Positions 48,318 through 57,272 of a stretch of DNA of 64,000 bases are shown in pieces; the first letter of the stretch is position 1, and every line of letters begins with the position of its first letter. The DNA is from Candidatus Moraniibacteriota bacterium (GTDB lineage Bacteria > Patescibacteriota > Minisyncoccia > Moranbacterales > UBA2206). The notes under the pieces are model-generated. The model was given only the letters and a program-made list of their open reading frames with translations, ran no database searches and was not told where the DNA came from. The stretch is from positions 8,160 to 72,159 of the forward strand of contig DMWY01000018.1 of the NCBI GenBank assembly GCA_003483065.1. The letters run 5' to 3'. The translations under genes and the position numbers were made by a program.

Positions 48318-48500
48318 ACCCTCCTTCGGTAAAACGCCGAGGATTAACTCTCAAAAAGAATTGGAGAAGGCGGACAGGCTTATATAGCTATCCGTCTTTT
48401 ATTTTCCCAAAATCATCCAAAATAGCTTTTTTATAGCTATATTGTCAACATCATATCAAAGTGATAATATGATTATATAAGATAATAATTAGTAAGCTTT

Positions 48501-49088
48501 ATGGATATCAAAATATCGAGTATTTTAGGAAGTGGAAAACTTATCCCTACGAAAGATATAGGTAAAATTGCAACTGCCTTAAAAAATAATGGCCACAAAG
48601 TTGTGCTAACTCAAGGGGTGTGGGATCTTATTCATGAAGGGCATGCCAGATATCTCCAAAAAGCCAAAGCGCTTGGAGATGTGTTGATTGTAGCTGTTGA
48701 TACTGACGAAGTGGTAAAGCATCGCAAGGGTCCTAATCGTCCAATAGTCCCAGAGAAAGAGCGAGTTAATATGATCTCACATTTAAAACATGTCGATCTG
48801 ATTGTTATGAAAGAATCAAAAACAGATCATAATAAACTAATCAGAACTATAAAACCTGATATTTTTGTTATCTCAGAGTCCACACCGTCGAATAAAAAAG
48901 GAAAAAGTTTTTTTGAGGAAGTGAAAGAAGAACACGAAAAGTTCTGTGGAGAAATTATCAACCTAAAACCACAGTCAATAACATCCACTACCGCAAGGAT
49001 TAGATTTCTGACTATTAAGGGAGCAGAAGATCTTGCAACGGAATTACAAAAATCAATAGAAAATTTCTTATATAGCAATAAAATATAA
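48501..49088 (+). CDS. Cytidylyltransferase-like nucleotidyltransferase (HxGH superfamily; RfaE domain II / RibL / TagD-like)
   Basis: LTQGVWDLIHEGHARYL (the (T/H)xGH nucleotidyltransferase motif) and ...ISES later. Confidence 0.6.
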   Translation: MDIKISSILGSGKLIPTKDIGKIATALKNNGHKVVLTQGVWDLIHEGHARYLQKAKALGDVLIVAVDTDEVVKHRKGPNRPIVPEKERVNMISHLKHVDLIVMKESKTDHNKLIRTIKPDIFVISESTPSNKKGKSFFEEVKEEHEKFCGEIINLKPQSITSTTARIRFLTIKGAEDLATELQKSIENFLYSNKI

Positions 49089-49105
49089 ATTCCCATACTA
49101 AAAAG

Positions 49106-49960
49106 ATGCCTAAAAAAAAGATTTTAATTTCGTTAGTCCCTGTTATACACATCAAATATTTAGAATTATTCAAAAAATATCCAGATCATCTTTATATCTT
49201 AGATGACACAATTCTAAAAAAATGGGACAAATTTGAAAACCTAAAAAGAGATCTACGCTCCATTGATCAAAAGACTATTTGCAATTTCGTTAGGAACTCT
49301 GGCATCCTGAAGGAAGTTGAGCTTCTGACGATGAACAATTTAAAAAATCTAACAAACTTGGAAGAAAAAAATATTTCTATCGTTATGCCAGATGAAGATG
49401 TTTCCCATTGGTTTGCAGAAGAATTTCTTCCTAACAAAAAAGTTGAATTTGAAAATGTCTTTTTAAGATGGAATAAGCCAGTATCGACTCAGGAATTAGC
49501 TATTTCCAGCGACAGGATAATCACCCAAGAAAAAGCTCATAAGGAACTTATCAAAAAAGCCAGTGAACTAAAAGAAAAAAGTGCCAATTGGTGGAGACAA
49601 ATTGGCGCCCTGATTACAGATAAAAAAGGCGCGGTAATACTTTCGGCATTCAATCGTCATGTTCCGACCCAAGAAAATATGGCGGTTTATGGAGATTTAA
49701 GAATGTGCTTTGATGCGGGCGAAAATCATCATCTATCAAACTCTATTCACGCAGAAGCCTCTCTAGTCGGAAAGGCTGCTAAGGATGGAATCAGTCTCAA
49801 CAACACCAGCTTATATGTCACCACATTCCCTTGTCCAACTTGCGCTAAATTGGTAGCAGAGGCCGGCGTCAAAAAAATTTATTATGAGAGTGGCTATTCT
49901 CTCTCTGATGCTGAGGATATTCTCAAAAATGCTGGGGTTGAAATTGTTTTAGTTAAATAG
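49106..49960 (+). CDS. dCMP/cytidine deaminase-family zinc enzyme with roughly 130-aa N-terminal extension
   Basis: C-terminal HAEASLV...TFPCPTCAKL (H-A-E / PCxxC zinc site). The N-terminal half has no recognisable motif. Confidence 0.65.
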   Translation: MPKKKILISLVPVIHIKYLELFKKYPDHLYILDDTILKKWDKFENLKRDLRSIDQKTICNFVRNSGILKEVELLTMNNLKNLTNLEEKNISIVMPDEDVSHWFAEEFLPNKKVEFENVFLRWNKPVSTQELAISSDRIITQEKAHKELIKKASELKEKSANWWRQIGALITDKKGAVILSAFNRHVPTQENMAVYGDLRMCFDAGENHHLSNSIHAEASLVGKAAKDGISLNNTSLYVTTFPCPTCAKLVAEAGVKKIYYESGYSLSDAEDILKNAGVEIVLVK

Positions 49961-49974
49961 AATTACAAAAAAAT

Positions 49975-50006
49975 CCCGCAACTAATGGCGGGATTTTTTT
50001 ATTTGT
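49975..50006. terminator. Bidirectional terminator between convergent genes
   Basis: aaaaaaatcccgcaactaatggcgggattttttt. Confidence 0.7.
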
Positions 50007-50019
50007 TAGTCTAGTATTT

Positions 50020-50460
50020 TTAGCCGATTCTTGTGATAACCGGCTCTTTATTTTTAGCAACAACTAGTTGAGCATGCAAGTGTTGCACTGTTGCGCCTGT
50101 CATGCCAGTACTGTCTGAACGCATCAAAAAAGTACTATGCGTTATCTTCAGTTTTTTCTTGACTTTTTTAATAGTATTCCATAGATCTAAAATCTCATCT
50201 TTTTTCATCTCTTCTGGATTTAGAATATGACGCTTCACCACAAAAATTAAATGCTCTCTGGTGTGTTCATATGGCCAAGCGTTTCTTGTCACCACCCAGA
50301 AATCAGTTTCCACTATGATCGGGTTGGGATGATAAGCCGGCTTTTCCTTGTCAATAAAATCATGACAAAAAGGACATATTCCATCAGTTATGATTTTTTT
50401 CATAGTTTCGATTTGTTCTTTTCTACGAGCGTTATTCAAATCTAATCCGCTTTTGTTCAT
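50020..50460 (-). CDS. HIT family protein (histidine triad nucleotide hydrolase/transferase) with N-terminal CxxC
   Basis: Histidine triad VQHLHAQLV. CPFC near the N-terminus (GalT/Ap4A-phosphorylase-like branch). Confidence 0.7.
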   Translation of the reverse strand: MNKSGLDLNNARRKEQIETMKKIITDGICPFCHDFIDKEKPAYHPNPIIVETDFWVVTRNAWPYEHTREHLIFVVKRHILNPEEMKKDEILDLWNTIKKVKKKLKITHSTFLMRSDSTGMTGATVQHLHAQLVVAKNKEPVITRIG

Positions 50461-50486
50461 ATCGTTATATTCATAAATTACATAAT

Positions 50487-51464
50487 CTAAACTGGTGTTG
50501 GAATTTTAAACCAAGGTTCAGGATTATAATCCTCGAGCACAAAATCTTCTTTGCGAAAATCCTGAATTCTCGTCACCTCTCTATTTAGTTTTAGTGTTAC
50601 AGTTGGAAAAGGTTTTGGCTTAATTGAAAGAATCTTATCCACAGATTCCGCCTGAACATCATAATAATGTGGATTAGACAAGAAATGAGTATATTTAGTA
50701 AATTTATAACCCAATAAATGTGCTACCATCAAACCCAAGGCAGACCATTCAATTAGATTAAACTGCAAGCCCACTGGAACATCAGCTGATCGCTGAGTAT
50801 GCGTCATTTCTAATTCTTTCTGCTCATCAAAAAGTACAAAATGAATAAAATTTCCATGACAAGGAGCAACAACAACTTTGCGTTTGAAACCCTGTTTTTC
50901 ATCTCCCATCGACAAAGGTGGATTCCATGTGGTCAAAACATGAGTTCTTAGAAATGGTGCTTTTTCCATTTGCCTCTGGACTGCACTGACCTGATCGAAT
51001 TCTCCCGTTGCGGATTGAAAGTGACCCAAGGAAGCTCCATAAGATCCATCCCCCAAATCACCCTCAGGTAAACCAAATATTGCACATTTTTCTTTTGTAA
51101 CCCAGTCTCTCCAGAAAACTTCCGGACAACCATATTCCTTAAGACCACTTAAGGTGCTTTGCCCATTTAAAAATGCCACCAATTCGCCTATCGAACCATA
51201 AAAAGATTTGGATAAATCACGTTCCGTCAAAACAGGAAAACCATTACTCATTTCGAATTGCAACATAGCGCCTGTTATTTCTTTTGAATTCTGATGTCCA
51301 GAAGTTGCATTCTCTGAAAGCCTCGCATGAATAGGCACCTTGTCTTTTCCTATTGTTTTAATTTTTTTAAGCAGTTCCTGATACTGAAAATCAGGAGTTC
51401 TTTCATTGAAGGGAAGATAATTTATGCCTCCAGCGTTTTTAATTTCAATTTCTTTATCTGCCAT
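50487..51464 (-). CDS. Divergent thymidylate synthase (ThyA) family protein, possible pyrimidine-nucleotide hydroxymethylase/methylase
   Basis: Retains the catalytic VVAPCHG and HTQRSADVPVGLQFNLIEWSAL (Asn, uracil-type), NGFPVLTER, ELVAFLNG and WRDW. The N-terminal phosphate-binding DRTGTGT region and the second Arg of the SRR pair appear replaced. Has a 30-aa N-terminal extension. Confidence 0.6.
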   Translation of the reverse strand: MADKEIEIKNAGGINYLPFNERTPDFQYQELLKKIKTIGKDKVPIHARLSENATSGHQNSKEITGAMLQFEMSNGFPVLTERDLSKSFYGSIGELVAFLNGQSTLSGLKEYGCPEVFWRDWVTKEKCAIFGLPEGDLGDGSYGASLGHFQSATGEFDQVSAVQRQMEKAPFLRTHVLTTWNPPLSMGDEKQGFKRKVVVAPCHGNFIHFVLFDEQKELEMTHTQRSADVPVGLQFNLIEWSALGLMVAHLLGYKFTKYTHFLSNPHYYDVQAESVDKILSIKPKPFPTVTLKLNREVTRIQDFRKEDFVLEDYNPEPWFKIPTPV

Positions 51465-51468
51465 ATTT

Positions 51469-52035
51469 TTATTTATTAATTATTTTAATTATTTTATCTA
51501 TCTCCCTGTGAAATTCTTCTAAGCTTTCGTCATTTTCAATTATATAATCAGCTTTTTTTCGTAAACATCTTGTTTGTCTTTCTGCTTCACTTTTATGATC
51601 TTTTTTGAATTTATCCAAAGTTTTAACTCCGTCGTCCGTATTCTCCAGACGCTTACAGATTCTTTCATATCTATTCTTTAAACTAGAATCTATATAAATT
51701 ATTTTTACTTCAAAATATTTTTTGAGAATTTTCAAATCAGAAAACCTTCTTATCCCGTTTATTGCAATTATTCTTTTTTTAATTTTCTTCAAATCTTGAC
51801 TAGCAACATAAGAAATAATATCTTCTCCAAAATATTCCCTCATCATCGTCGAAACTTTTTGCATATTCTCTCTGCTTTCCGGCAAATACATTCTTCCTAA
51901 AATATCACGTAGCACTTCTGAGGATCGGTAAGCATAACTCTCATATTTCTTTTCTATATACGCAGACATCTCATTTTTACCAGAAGCAATATCTCCAGAA
52001 ATAGCTAATATTATTTTCTTCTTTTGCTTATCCAT
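51469..52035 (-). CDS. Deoxynucleoside-monophosphate kinase, phage T4 gp1-like (paralog 1)
   Basis: P-loop ILAISGDIASGKN. C-terminal YIIENDESLEEF resembles the T4 dNMP kinase C-terminus (VITNDGSLEEL). Confidence 0.5.
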   Translation of the reverse strand: MDKQKKKIILAISGDIASGKNEMSAYIEKKYESYAYRSSEVLRDILGRMYLPESRENMQKVSTMMREYFGEDIISYVASQDLKKIKKRIIAINGIRRFSDLKILKKYFEVKIIYIDSSLKNRYERICKRLENTDDGVKTLDKFKKDHKSEAERQTRCLRKKADYIIENDESLEEFHREIDKIIKIINK

Positions 52036-52099
52036 ACTAGTTTCTTAATTTTACTATCTTTCCCTTCTTTGGTCAAAAATGATTTTTCTATAAATTAAA

Positions 52100-52126
52100 A
52101 ACGCCAAATTACGGCGTTTTAACGAT
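52100..52126 (-). terminator. Hairpin terminator between the two kinase genes
   Basis: aaaaacgccaaattacggcgtttt. Confidence 0.5.
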
Positions 52127-52146
52127 GATTTTTGATTCTTTGCTTT

Positions 52147-52716
52147 TTATTCATGTTTACTTGAAATTTTAGCCATCATTTTATCCACCTGCGCCTTGAG
52201 TTCTTCGGCTGTACCGTTATTGTTAAACTTAAATTCCGCCTTGCGTCCAATTTCGTGAATAGAAACTTCCGTGAGCTTGCCTTCTTCTTCTAGAAATTCT
52301 TCAAAAGTTGCCTCGCCTTCTCCATCATTTTGTTTTCTCAATTTTGTTCGCTCGTATCTAAGTTTCAAATCGGCATAAACATATACTAGATAAAAATTAT
52401 TGCCGTATTTTTTCACAAAAGGTTCAACGTCACCATGCATTCTAATTCCATCGGCAATGATAACATCCGATCCGTTTTTTTCCATGTCCGTTATCAGAGA
52501 ATCAATAATAATTGAGGGTCCATAACCCTCTTTAAGCACCAAGGCTAGTTTAGCTAAATTATCGCGCGTTACTCCAACGTGAATATCTTCCAACGTTCTT
52601 CGAAGAATTTTGGAAGTGCCATAGTGAATAGCGCCATACTTTTCAATTAAATAATCCGAAACAGTGCCTTTACCCGCACCTTTTTCGCCGATCAGACCTA
52701 AAACTATCTTAGTCAT
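52147..52716 (-). CDS. Deoxynucleoside-monophosphate kinase-like P-loop kinase (paralog 2; adenylate-kinase-type GxxGxGKGT loop)
   Basis: LIGEKGAGKGTVSDYL. Shares DGIR / LKxRYER / NNG..EEL blocks with paralog 1. Confidence 0.5.
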   Translation of the reverse strand: MTKIVLGLIGEKGAGKGTVSDYLIEKYGAIHYGTSKILRRTLEDIHVGVTRDNLAKLALVLKEGYGPSIIIDSLITDMEKNGSDVIIADGIRMHGDVEPFVKKYGNNFYLVYVYADLKLRYERTKLRKQNDGEGEATFEEFLEEEGKLTEVSIHEIGRKAEFKFNNNGTAEELKAQVDKMMAKISSKHE

Positions 52717-52829
52717 AAAAATATTTTAACCTTTTAAAACACCTACTAATTCTAGCAAAAAAATGCCGCTTCGTCAATAGAAAAAAAGCGTTTTCACGCT
52801 TTTTTCTTCTATAATCTATAAGCTACGAA

Positions 52830-53519
52830 CTATAAGCTAATTCGAATCCCCACGCCCATCGTTGAGCAAATATTTATTCCTGAAATAAGTTTTCCTTTTA
52901 GGCCTGATGGTTTAGATTTCTCAAGACTACTCACAAAAGTCTTGATATTTTCGTTTAGTTTTGCATCTTCAAAAGAAATTTTTCCCACAATTTGATGGAC
53001 ATTTCCACCATCATCATTTTTGAAAGCAGCTTTACCTTTCTTGAGTGCGGCCACTGTTTCTTTGATTTTTGTAGTCACAGTTTCAGTTTTTGGGTTTGGC
53101 ATAAGGCCCTTTGGTCCAAGAATTTTAGCCACAGGCGCCAATTTTGGCATCATTTCTGGAGTAGCAATCAAAATATCGAATTTGTCTTTGCCGGAAAAAG
53201 CTTTGCCGGATTTTATCTTTTCAATCAACTCTTCTCCACCCACAACATCTGCGCCCGCTTCCTTAGCATCCTTGGCATGAGTTGAGGTAATAACTGCGAT
53301 TAGCTTGCTTTTACCTGTTCCGTGCGGAAGATCTACTATTCCTCGAATTTGTTGATCGCCTTTTTTTGGATCGATATTAGTTTTGATATGAACTTCTACT
53401 GATTCGTCAAATTTAGCAAGCTTATTTTCTTTCATTAAGTTGACCGCCTCTTCTAGTGAATAAATTTTATTCTTATCAATTTTTTCCGCTACTGCGCGAT
53501 ATTTTTTACTTCTTTCCAT
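52830..53519 (-). CDS. rplA: 50S ribosomal protein L1
   Basis: MERSKKYRAVAEKIDKNKIYSLEEAVNLMKE...GTGKSKLIAVIT. The ORF track extends 17 codons upstream from a GTG. Confidence 0.9.
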   Translation of the reverse strand: MERSKKYRAVAEKIDKNKIYSLEEAVNLMKENKLAKFDESVEVHIKTNIDPKKGDQQIRGIVDLPHGTGKSKLIAVITSTHAKDAKEAGADVVGGEELIEKIKSGKAFSGKDKFDILIATPEMMPKLAPVAKILGPKGLMPNPKTETVTTKIKETVAALKKGKAAFKNDDGGNVHQIVGKISFEDAKLNENIKTFVSSLEKSKPSGLKGKLISGINICSTMGVGIRISL

Positions 53520-53574
53520 ATAGTTCTGTGGTAATAATGAATCTTTTTTGAAACAATTAGATTCTCCCACTTAA

Positions 53575-53670
53575 TTAATATTTATAACCCTACGAAAATA
53601 CAAATTTTTACAAAAGTACAAAATCACGAAATTATAATTTTTTGTATTTTTGTATGTTTTTGTAATTTTG
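53575..53670 (-). promoter_or_regulatory. AT-rich extended hairpin in the rplK-rplA spacer
   Basis: cctacgaaaatacaaatttttacaaaagtacaaaatcac...tttttgtatttttgtatgtttttgtaattttgtagg (imperfect inverted repeat over about 85 nt). Confidence 0.35.
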
Positions 53671-53677
53671 TAGGAAC

Positions 53678-54100
53678 TTATTCAATTTTTATTCCCATTG
53701 ATCTTGCTGTTCCGGCGATAATTTTCATTGCGCCTTCGATGTCATTTGCATTTAGATCAGGCATCTTTTTTTCGGCAATTTCTCGAAGCTTGTCTTTTGA
53801 AATTGTTCCAACCTTGTCTTTCAAAGGATTGCCTGCACCTTTTTCAATGCCGGCCGCTTTTCGCAAAAGATCAGAAGCTGGAGGAGTTTTCAAAACAAAA
53901 CTAAAGGTTCGGTCTTCAAAAACAGTGATTTCAGCTGGGATAATGTCGCCCATCTTGTCCTTGGTCGCATCATTAAACTTCACACAAAACTCTTGGATAT
54001 TTAGTCCGTGTTGCCCCAAAGCCGGTCCGACTGGAGGCGCTGGGTTAGCTTTGCCGGCTTGAATTTGTAGTTTGATAACTGTTTTAATTTTCTTTGCCAT
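53678..54100 (-). CDS. rplK: 50S ribosomal protein L11
   Basis: [35 protein letters not shown]. Confidence 0.95.
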   Translation of the reverse strand: MAKKIKTVIKLQIQAGKANPAPPVGPALGQHGLNIQEFCVKFNDATKDKMGDIIPAEITVFEDRTFSFVLKTPPASDLLRKAAGIEKGAGNPLKDKVGTISKDKLREIAEKKMPDLNANDIEGAMKIIAGTARSMGIKIE

Positions 54101-54247
54101 AATATTATAATAATCAAGAAACAAGCTACAAGATACAAACAATATTCAATATCCAGATTTCAATTTTCAAAAAGTTTGATGTTTGAATTTTGGAATTTAG
54201 AATTTGTTTGTTTCTTGTCCCTTGTGCCTTGTGTCTTATTTTTTAAT

Positions 54248-54793
54248 TTATATCTTATTAATTTGCAAAAAGTCCAATTCTACCGGAGTTTCTCGTCCAA
54301 AAATAGAAACTAAAACTTTTATCCTTCCTTTTTCTTCATCTACTTCATCAACTTTTCCATCAAAATCTTTGAATGGTCCGTCGATAATTTTGACGCTGTC
54401 GCCCGAAACCACATCAATCTTATATTTTGGCTCCGCTACACCCATTCTTTTCTTGAGCGCTTCAATTTCTCGCGGATCAACTGGAGTAGGTGTTGTTCCT
54501 AGTCCGATAAACCCCGTAACATTGGGCGTATTTCGAACCACATACCATGAAGCGTCTGTGACGATCATATCTACCAAAACATAGCCGGGATAAATTTTTT
54601 CTTCCACCACTGTTCTTTTGCCAGTCTTGATCTTGATTTTCTTTTCAATTGGCACCATCACATCAAAAATCAAATCTTGCATATCCATCGATTCAATTCT
54701 TTGACGCAAATTTCTCGATACATTATCTTCATAACCGCTATAGGTATGAAGTACGTACCAAGCTCGGCCGTGGTGTTGACTTTGTTTTGCCAT
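54248..54793 (-). CDS. nusG: Transcription termination/antitermination factor NusG
   Basis: NGN domain (WYVLHTYSGYEDNV) and C-terminal KOW (GDSVKIIDGPFKDFDGKV). Confidence 0.9.
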   Translation of the reverse strand: MAKQSQHHGRAWYVLHTYSGYEDNVSRNLRQRIESMDMQDLIFDVMVPIEKKIKIKTGKRTVVEEKIYPGYVLVDMIVTDASWYVVRNTPNVTGFIGLGTTPTPVDPREIEALKKRMGVAEPKYKIDVVSGDSVKIIDGPFKDFDGKVDEVDEEKGRIKVLVSIFGRETPVELDFLQINKI

Positions 54794-54807
54794 AATTGTA
54801 ATAGCGA

Positions 54808-54900
54808 TGCTAATCTTGCTAATAAATGCTAATCTGCTAATTGCTAATCGTTCATATCATTCGCAATTCGCATCATTCGCATATATTCGTAGATTCGCAT
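54808..54900. repeat. Tandem short repeats in the secE-nusG spacer: (gctaat)x5 then (attcgca)x3-4 plus attcgtagattcgcatcg
   Basis: gatgctaatcttgctaataaatgctaatctgctaattgctaatcg...tcattcgcaattcgcatcattcgcatatattcgtagattcgcatcg. Confidence 0.7.
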
Positions 54901-54904
54901 CGTT

Positions 54905-55090
54905 TTATTTCAAAATAAATGTTTTTAATAAAAATCCGAAAAAATAATCCAACCCGCCCAAAAATATCGCAACGGAAAGACTAATACCAACTACAATTAT
55001 TGTATAGTTGATTGTTTTTTTGCGTGTTGGCCAGTTGACTTTTGTCAGTTCTATCTTGGCTTCTTTTAAAAATTCTAGTATTTTGTTCAT
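54905..55090 (-). CDS. secE: Preprotein translocase subunit SecE
   Basis: 61 aa with a single C-terminal TM helix, KVNWPTRKKT. Canonical position upstream of nusG. Confidence 0.85.
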   Translation of the reverse strand: MNKILEFLKEAKIELTKVNWPTRKKTINYTIIVVGISLSVAIFLGGLDYFFGFLLKTFILK

Positions 55091-55161
55091 ATTTTGAGCT
55101 TTTTTAAAAGCCCCTGTGGGCTTCTTTATTAATCTAATACTATCTTATTTTTCAATTTATG

Positions 55162-56196
55162 TCAAATATTGTCCTGTGAACCAATCGCTAGGATAGACAG
55201 TTGATAAAGAATCCGACTTCCAACGATGGCATTCCAATCACTTTTAATATCGTCTTTTTTAGATGGAGAGACTTCGCAAAGGTCAAAACCAATGATTCTT
55301 CTACCGCTTTTCACAATTTGGCGAAGGAGAAAACAGACTTGGTCAAATTCCAATCCTCCCGGCACTGGCGTTCCGGTATTAGGACAAAGAGCTGGATTTA
55401 ACCCATCAATATCAAAACTCACATAAATATTTTTTGGCAAATCCGCAATTATTTCTTGGCACATCACAGACCATTTTTCTCCAGAAAATAGCTTGTCGGA
55501 AATTTCCCGATCGCTATAACACATAATTTTCCCTTTGGATTTTTCCAAAAATTCAATTTCTTCTTCGCAAAAATCACGCGCACCAACATTTACAATTTTT
55601 TCCACCCCCTTAAGTTCACTGGCATTTCGCATAATAGAAGCGTGCGAATTTAGAAATCCTTCATACCCTTTTCGCAAATCAAGATGAGCATCGATTGTTA
55701 AAATTCCAAAATTGCCTTTTTTCGAAAGTGCTCGCATCAGTCCCAACGGACAACTATGATCCCCGCCTAACAGTCCCACAATCTTATCTTGTGAAATATT
55801 TTCTTTTGCAACTTCTTCGATCCAATCAGCCAAAACTTCCGTTCCTTCATTTACTTTTTTCCAAAGATTTTTGTTTTTTATAGGATCACCTTTCTCCAGA
55901 TGCTTTATGCAAGAAACTGCAATTTTTCGCAAATTATTGCAATATTTTTTCCATTTGTTAGAAATTGGAAACATGAAAATTCCCACCTTCCAAGCTTCTG
56001 GAAAAAATGAATCATAAAAATCAATTTGTGGAGATGCTTTGAGAATTGCCTCTGGACCAAGACTTGTCCCATCTCGAAAAGAGACTGTAATTTCACAGGG
56101 TACTGGTAGTATGACAACTTTCGCTTCTTTTTGGCTGAATGGAAGCGCAAAAATATTACCATTTGGCTTAGCAGTTTCGTTAGGATCAAATTGCAT
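55162..56196 (-). CDS. Arginase/agmatinase/formiminoglutamase family ureohydrolase
   Basis: Mn-binding motifs GGDHSCPLG, IDAHLDLR, SFDIDGLNPA. Confidence 0.8.
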   Translation of the reverse strand: MQFDPNETAKPNGNIFALPFSQKEAKVVILPVPCEITVSFRDGTSLGPEAILKASPQIDFYDSFFPEAWKVGIFMFPISNKWKKYCNNLRKIAVSCIKHLEKGDPIKNKNLWKKVNEGTEVLADWIEEVAKENISQDKIVGLLGGDHSCPLGLMRALSKKGNFGILTIDAHLDLRKGYEGFLNSHASIMRNASELKGVEKIVNVGARDFCEEEIEFLEKSKGKIMCYSDREISDKLFSGEKWSVMCQEIIADLPKNIYVSFDIDGLNPALCPNTGTPVPGGLEFDQVCFLLRQIVKSGRRIIGFDLCEVSPSKKDDIKSDWNAIVGSRILYQLSILAIGSQDNI

Positions 56197-56204
56197 AGAC
56201 TATA

Positions 56205-57032
56205 TTAAATCACAACTTTATTTACATCGATATTTTTTCCAAAAAACTTTTTACCTAAAGTTTTGAATCTATTTGTTAGATCTGTTGAATAAAAATTAAT
56301 TATTTTGTTTTTTCCCAATACTATTTCTATTTCCTTATGTCTTTCAAGATAATTCTTTAATTTTTTTGATACAATTTTTGCTTCCGAAATAATCTTAATT
56401 TTCTTTCCTGCTATTTTTCTAATTTTATTTTCCAATATCCCATAATGAGTGCATCCAAGGATTAGCGTGTCTATATTTTTGTTTTTAAAATAAGAAAGGT
56501 ACTCTTTTAGAATTAGCTCTGTTGCTTTCGAACTATATTCCCCAGCTTCTATAATAGGAACTAGTAGTGGACAAGCCTTTTGAAAAATTTTTATCCCCGG
56601 CTGAATCTTTAATAATTCTCTTTCAAACGCCCCAGACAAAACAGTTCCTTCGGTAGCAATTATACCCACCCTTCCATTTTTTGTTTTTTCTATCGCCTCT
56701 TCAGAGGCAGGAATAAGCACTCCTATTACTTTCTTATTTGGATATTTTTTTGGCAAATATTCACGCTGAATTCTGCGTAAAGCATCACAGGAAACTGTAT
56801 TACAAGCTAAGATAATAATTTCACAATTATTTTTAAAAAGAAAATCTACTGCTTGTTTCGTAAAATCATAAATGATTTCTCCTGAACGTGTGCCATATGG
56901 AGCGCGAGCAGTATCACCCAAATAAATATAATTATACTCAGGAAGTTCCCTTGCGATACTACGCAAGATATGGAGACCACCAAAACCAGAATCGAATACG
57001 CCTATAAACTTATTTCTGGTTTTTTTAGTCAT
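56205..57032 (-). CDS. murI: Glutamate racemase
   Basis: IGVFDSGFGGLHIL...ILACNTVS...GCTHY. Confidence 0.9.
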   Translation of the reverse strand: MTKKTRNKFIGVFDSGFGGLHILRSIARELPEYNYIYLGDTARAPYGTRSGEIIYDFTKQAVDFLFKNNCEIIILACNTVSCDALRRIQREYLPKKYPNKKVIGVLIPASEEAIEKTKNGRVGIIATEGTVLSGAFERELLKIQPGIKIFQKACPLLVPIIEAGEYSSKATELILKEYLSYFKNKNIDTLILGCTHYGILENKIRKIAGKKIKIISEAKIVSKKLKNYLERHKEIEIVLGKNKIINFYSTDLTNRFKTLGKKFFGKNIDVNKVVI

Positions 57033-57059
57033 AAAAATGATGCAAAATTTGGTGGGCGA

Positions 57060-57136
57060 TTCAAGATTCGAACTTGAGACCTCGTCATTATCAGTGACGC
57101 GCTCTAACCAACTGAGCTAATCGCCCGAAATATTTT
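57060..57136 (-). tRNA. tRNA-Ile (anticodon GAU), CCA encoded
   Basis: Reverse complement GGGCGATTAGCTCAGTTGGTTAGAGCGCGTCACTGATAATGACGAGGTCTCAAGTTCGAATCTTGAATCGCCCACCA folds as a cloverleaf with anticodon loop CTGATAA. Confidence 0.9.
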
Positions 57137-57150
57137 TTTTAAAAAAAATG

Positions 57151-57223
57151 TGGACCCTATCGGGCTCGAACCGATCACCCCCTGCTTGCAAAGCAGGTGC
57201 TCTACCAAATGAGCTAAGGGCCC
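57151..57223 (-). tRNA. tRNA-Ala (anticodon UGC) with G3:U70 identity pair
   Basis: Reverse complement GGGCCCTTAGCTCATTTGGTAGAGCACCTGCTTTGCAAGCAGGGGGTGATCGGTTCGAGCCCGATAGGGTCCA. Anticodon loop TTTGCAA. Acceptor stem has the G3-U70 wobble. CCA not encoded. Confidence 0.9.
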
Positions 57224-57272
57224 AAAAACTAAAATTTATTATATCAAAAGAAGAAAAAAATGGCAAGTCAAA

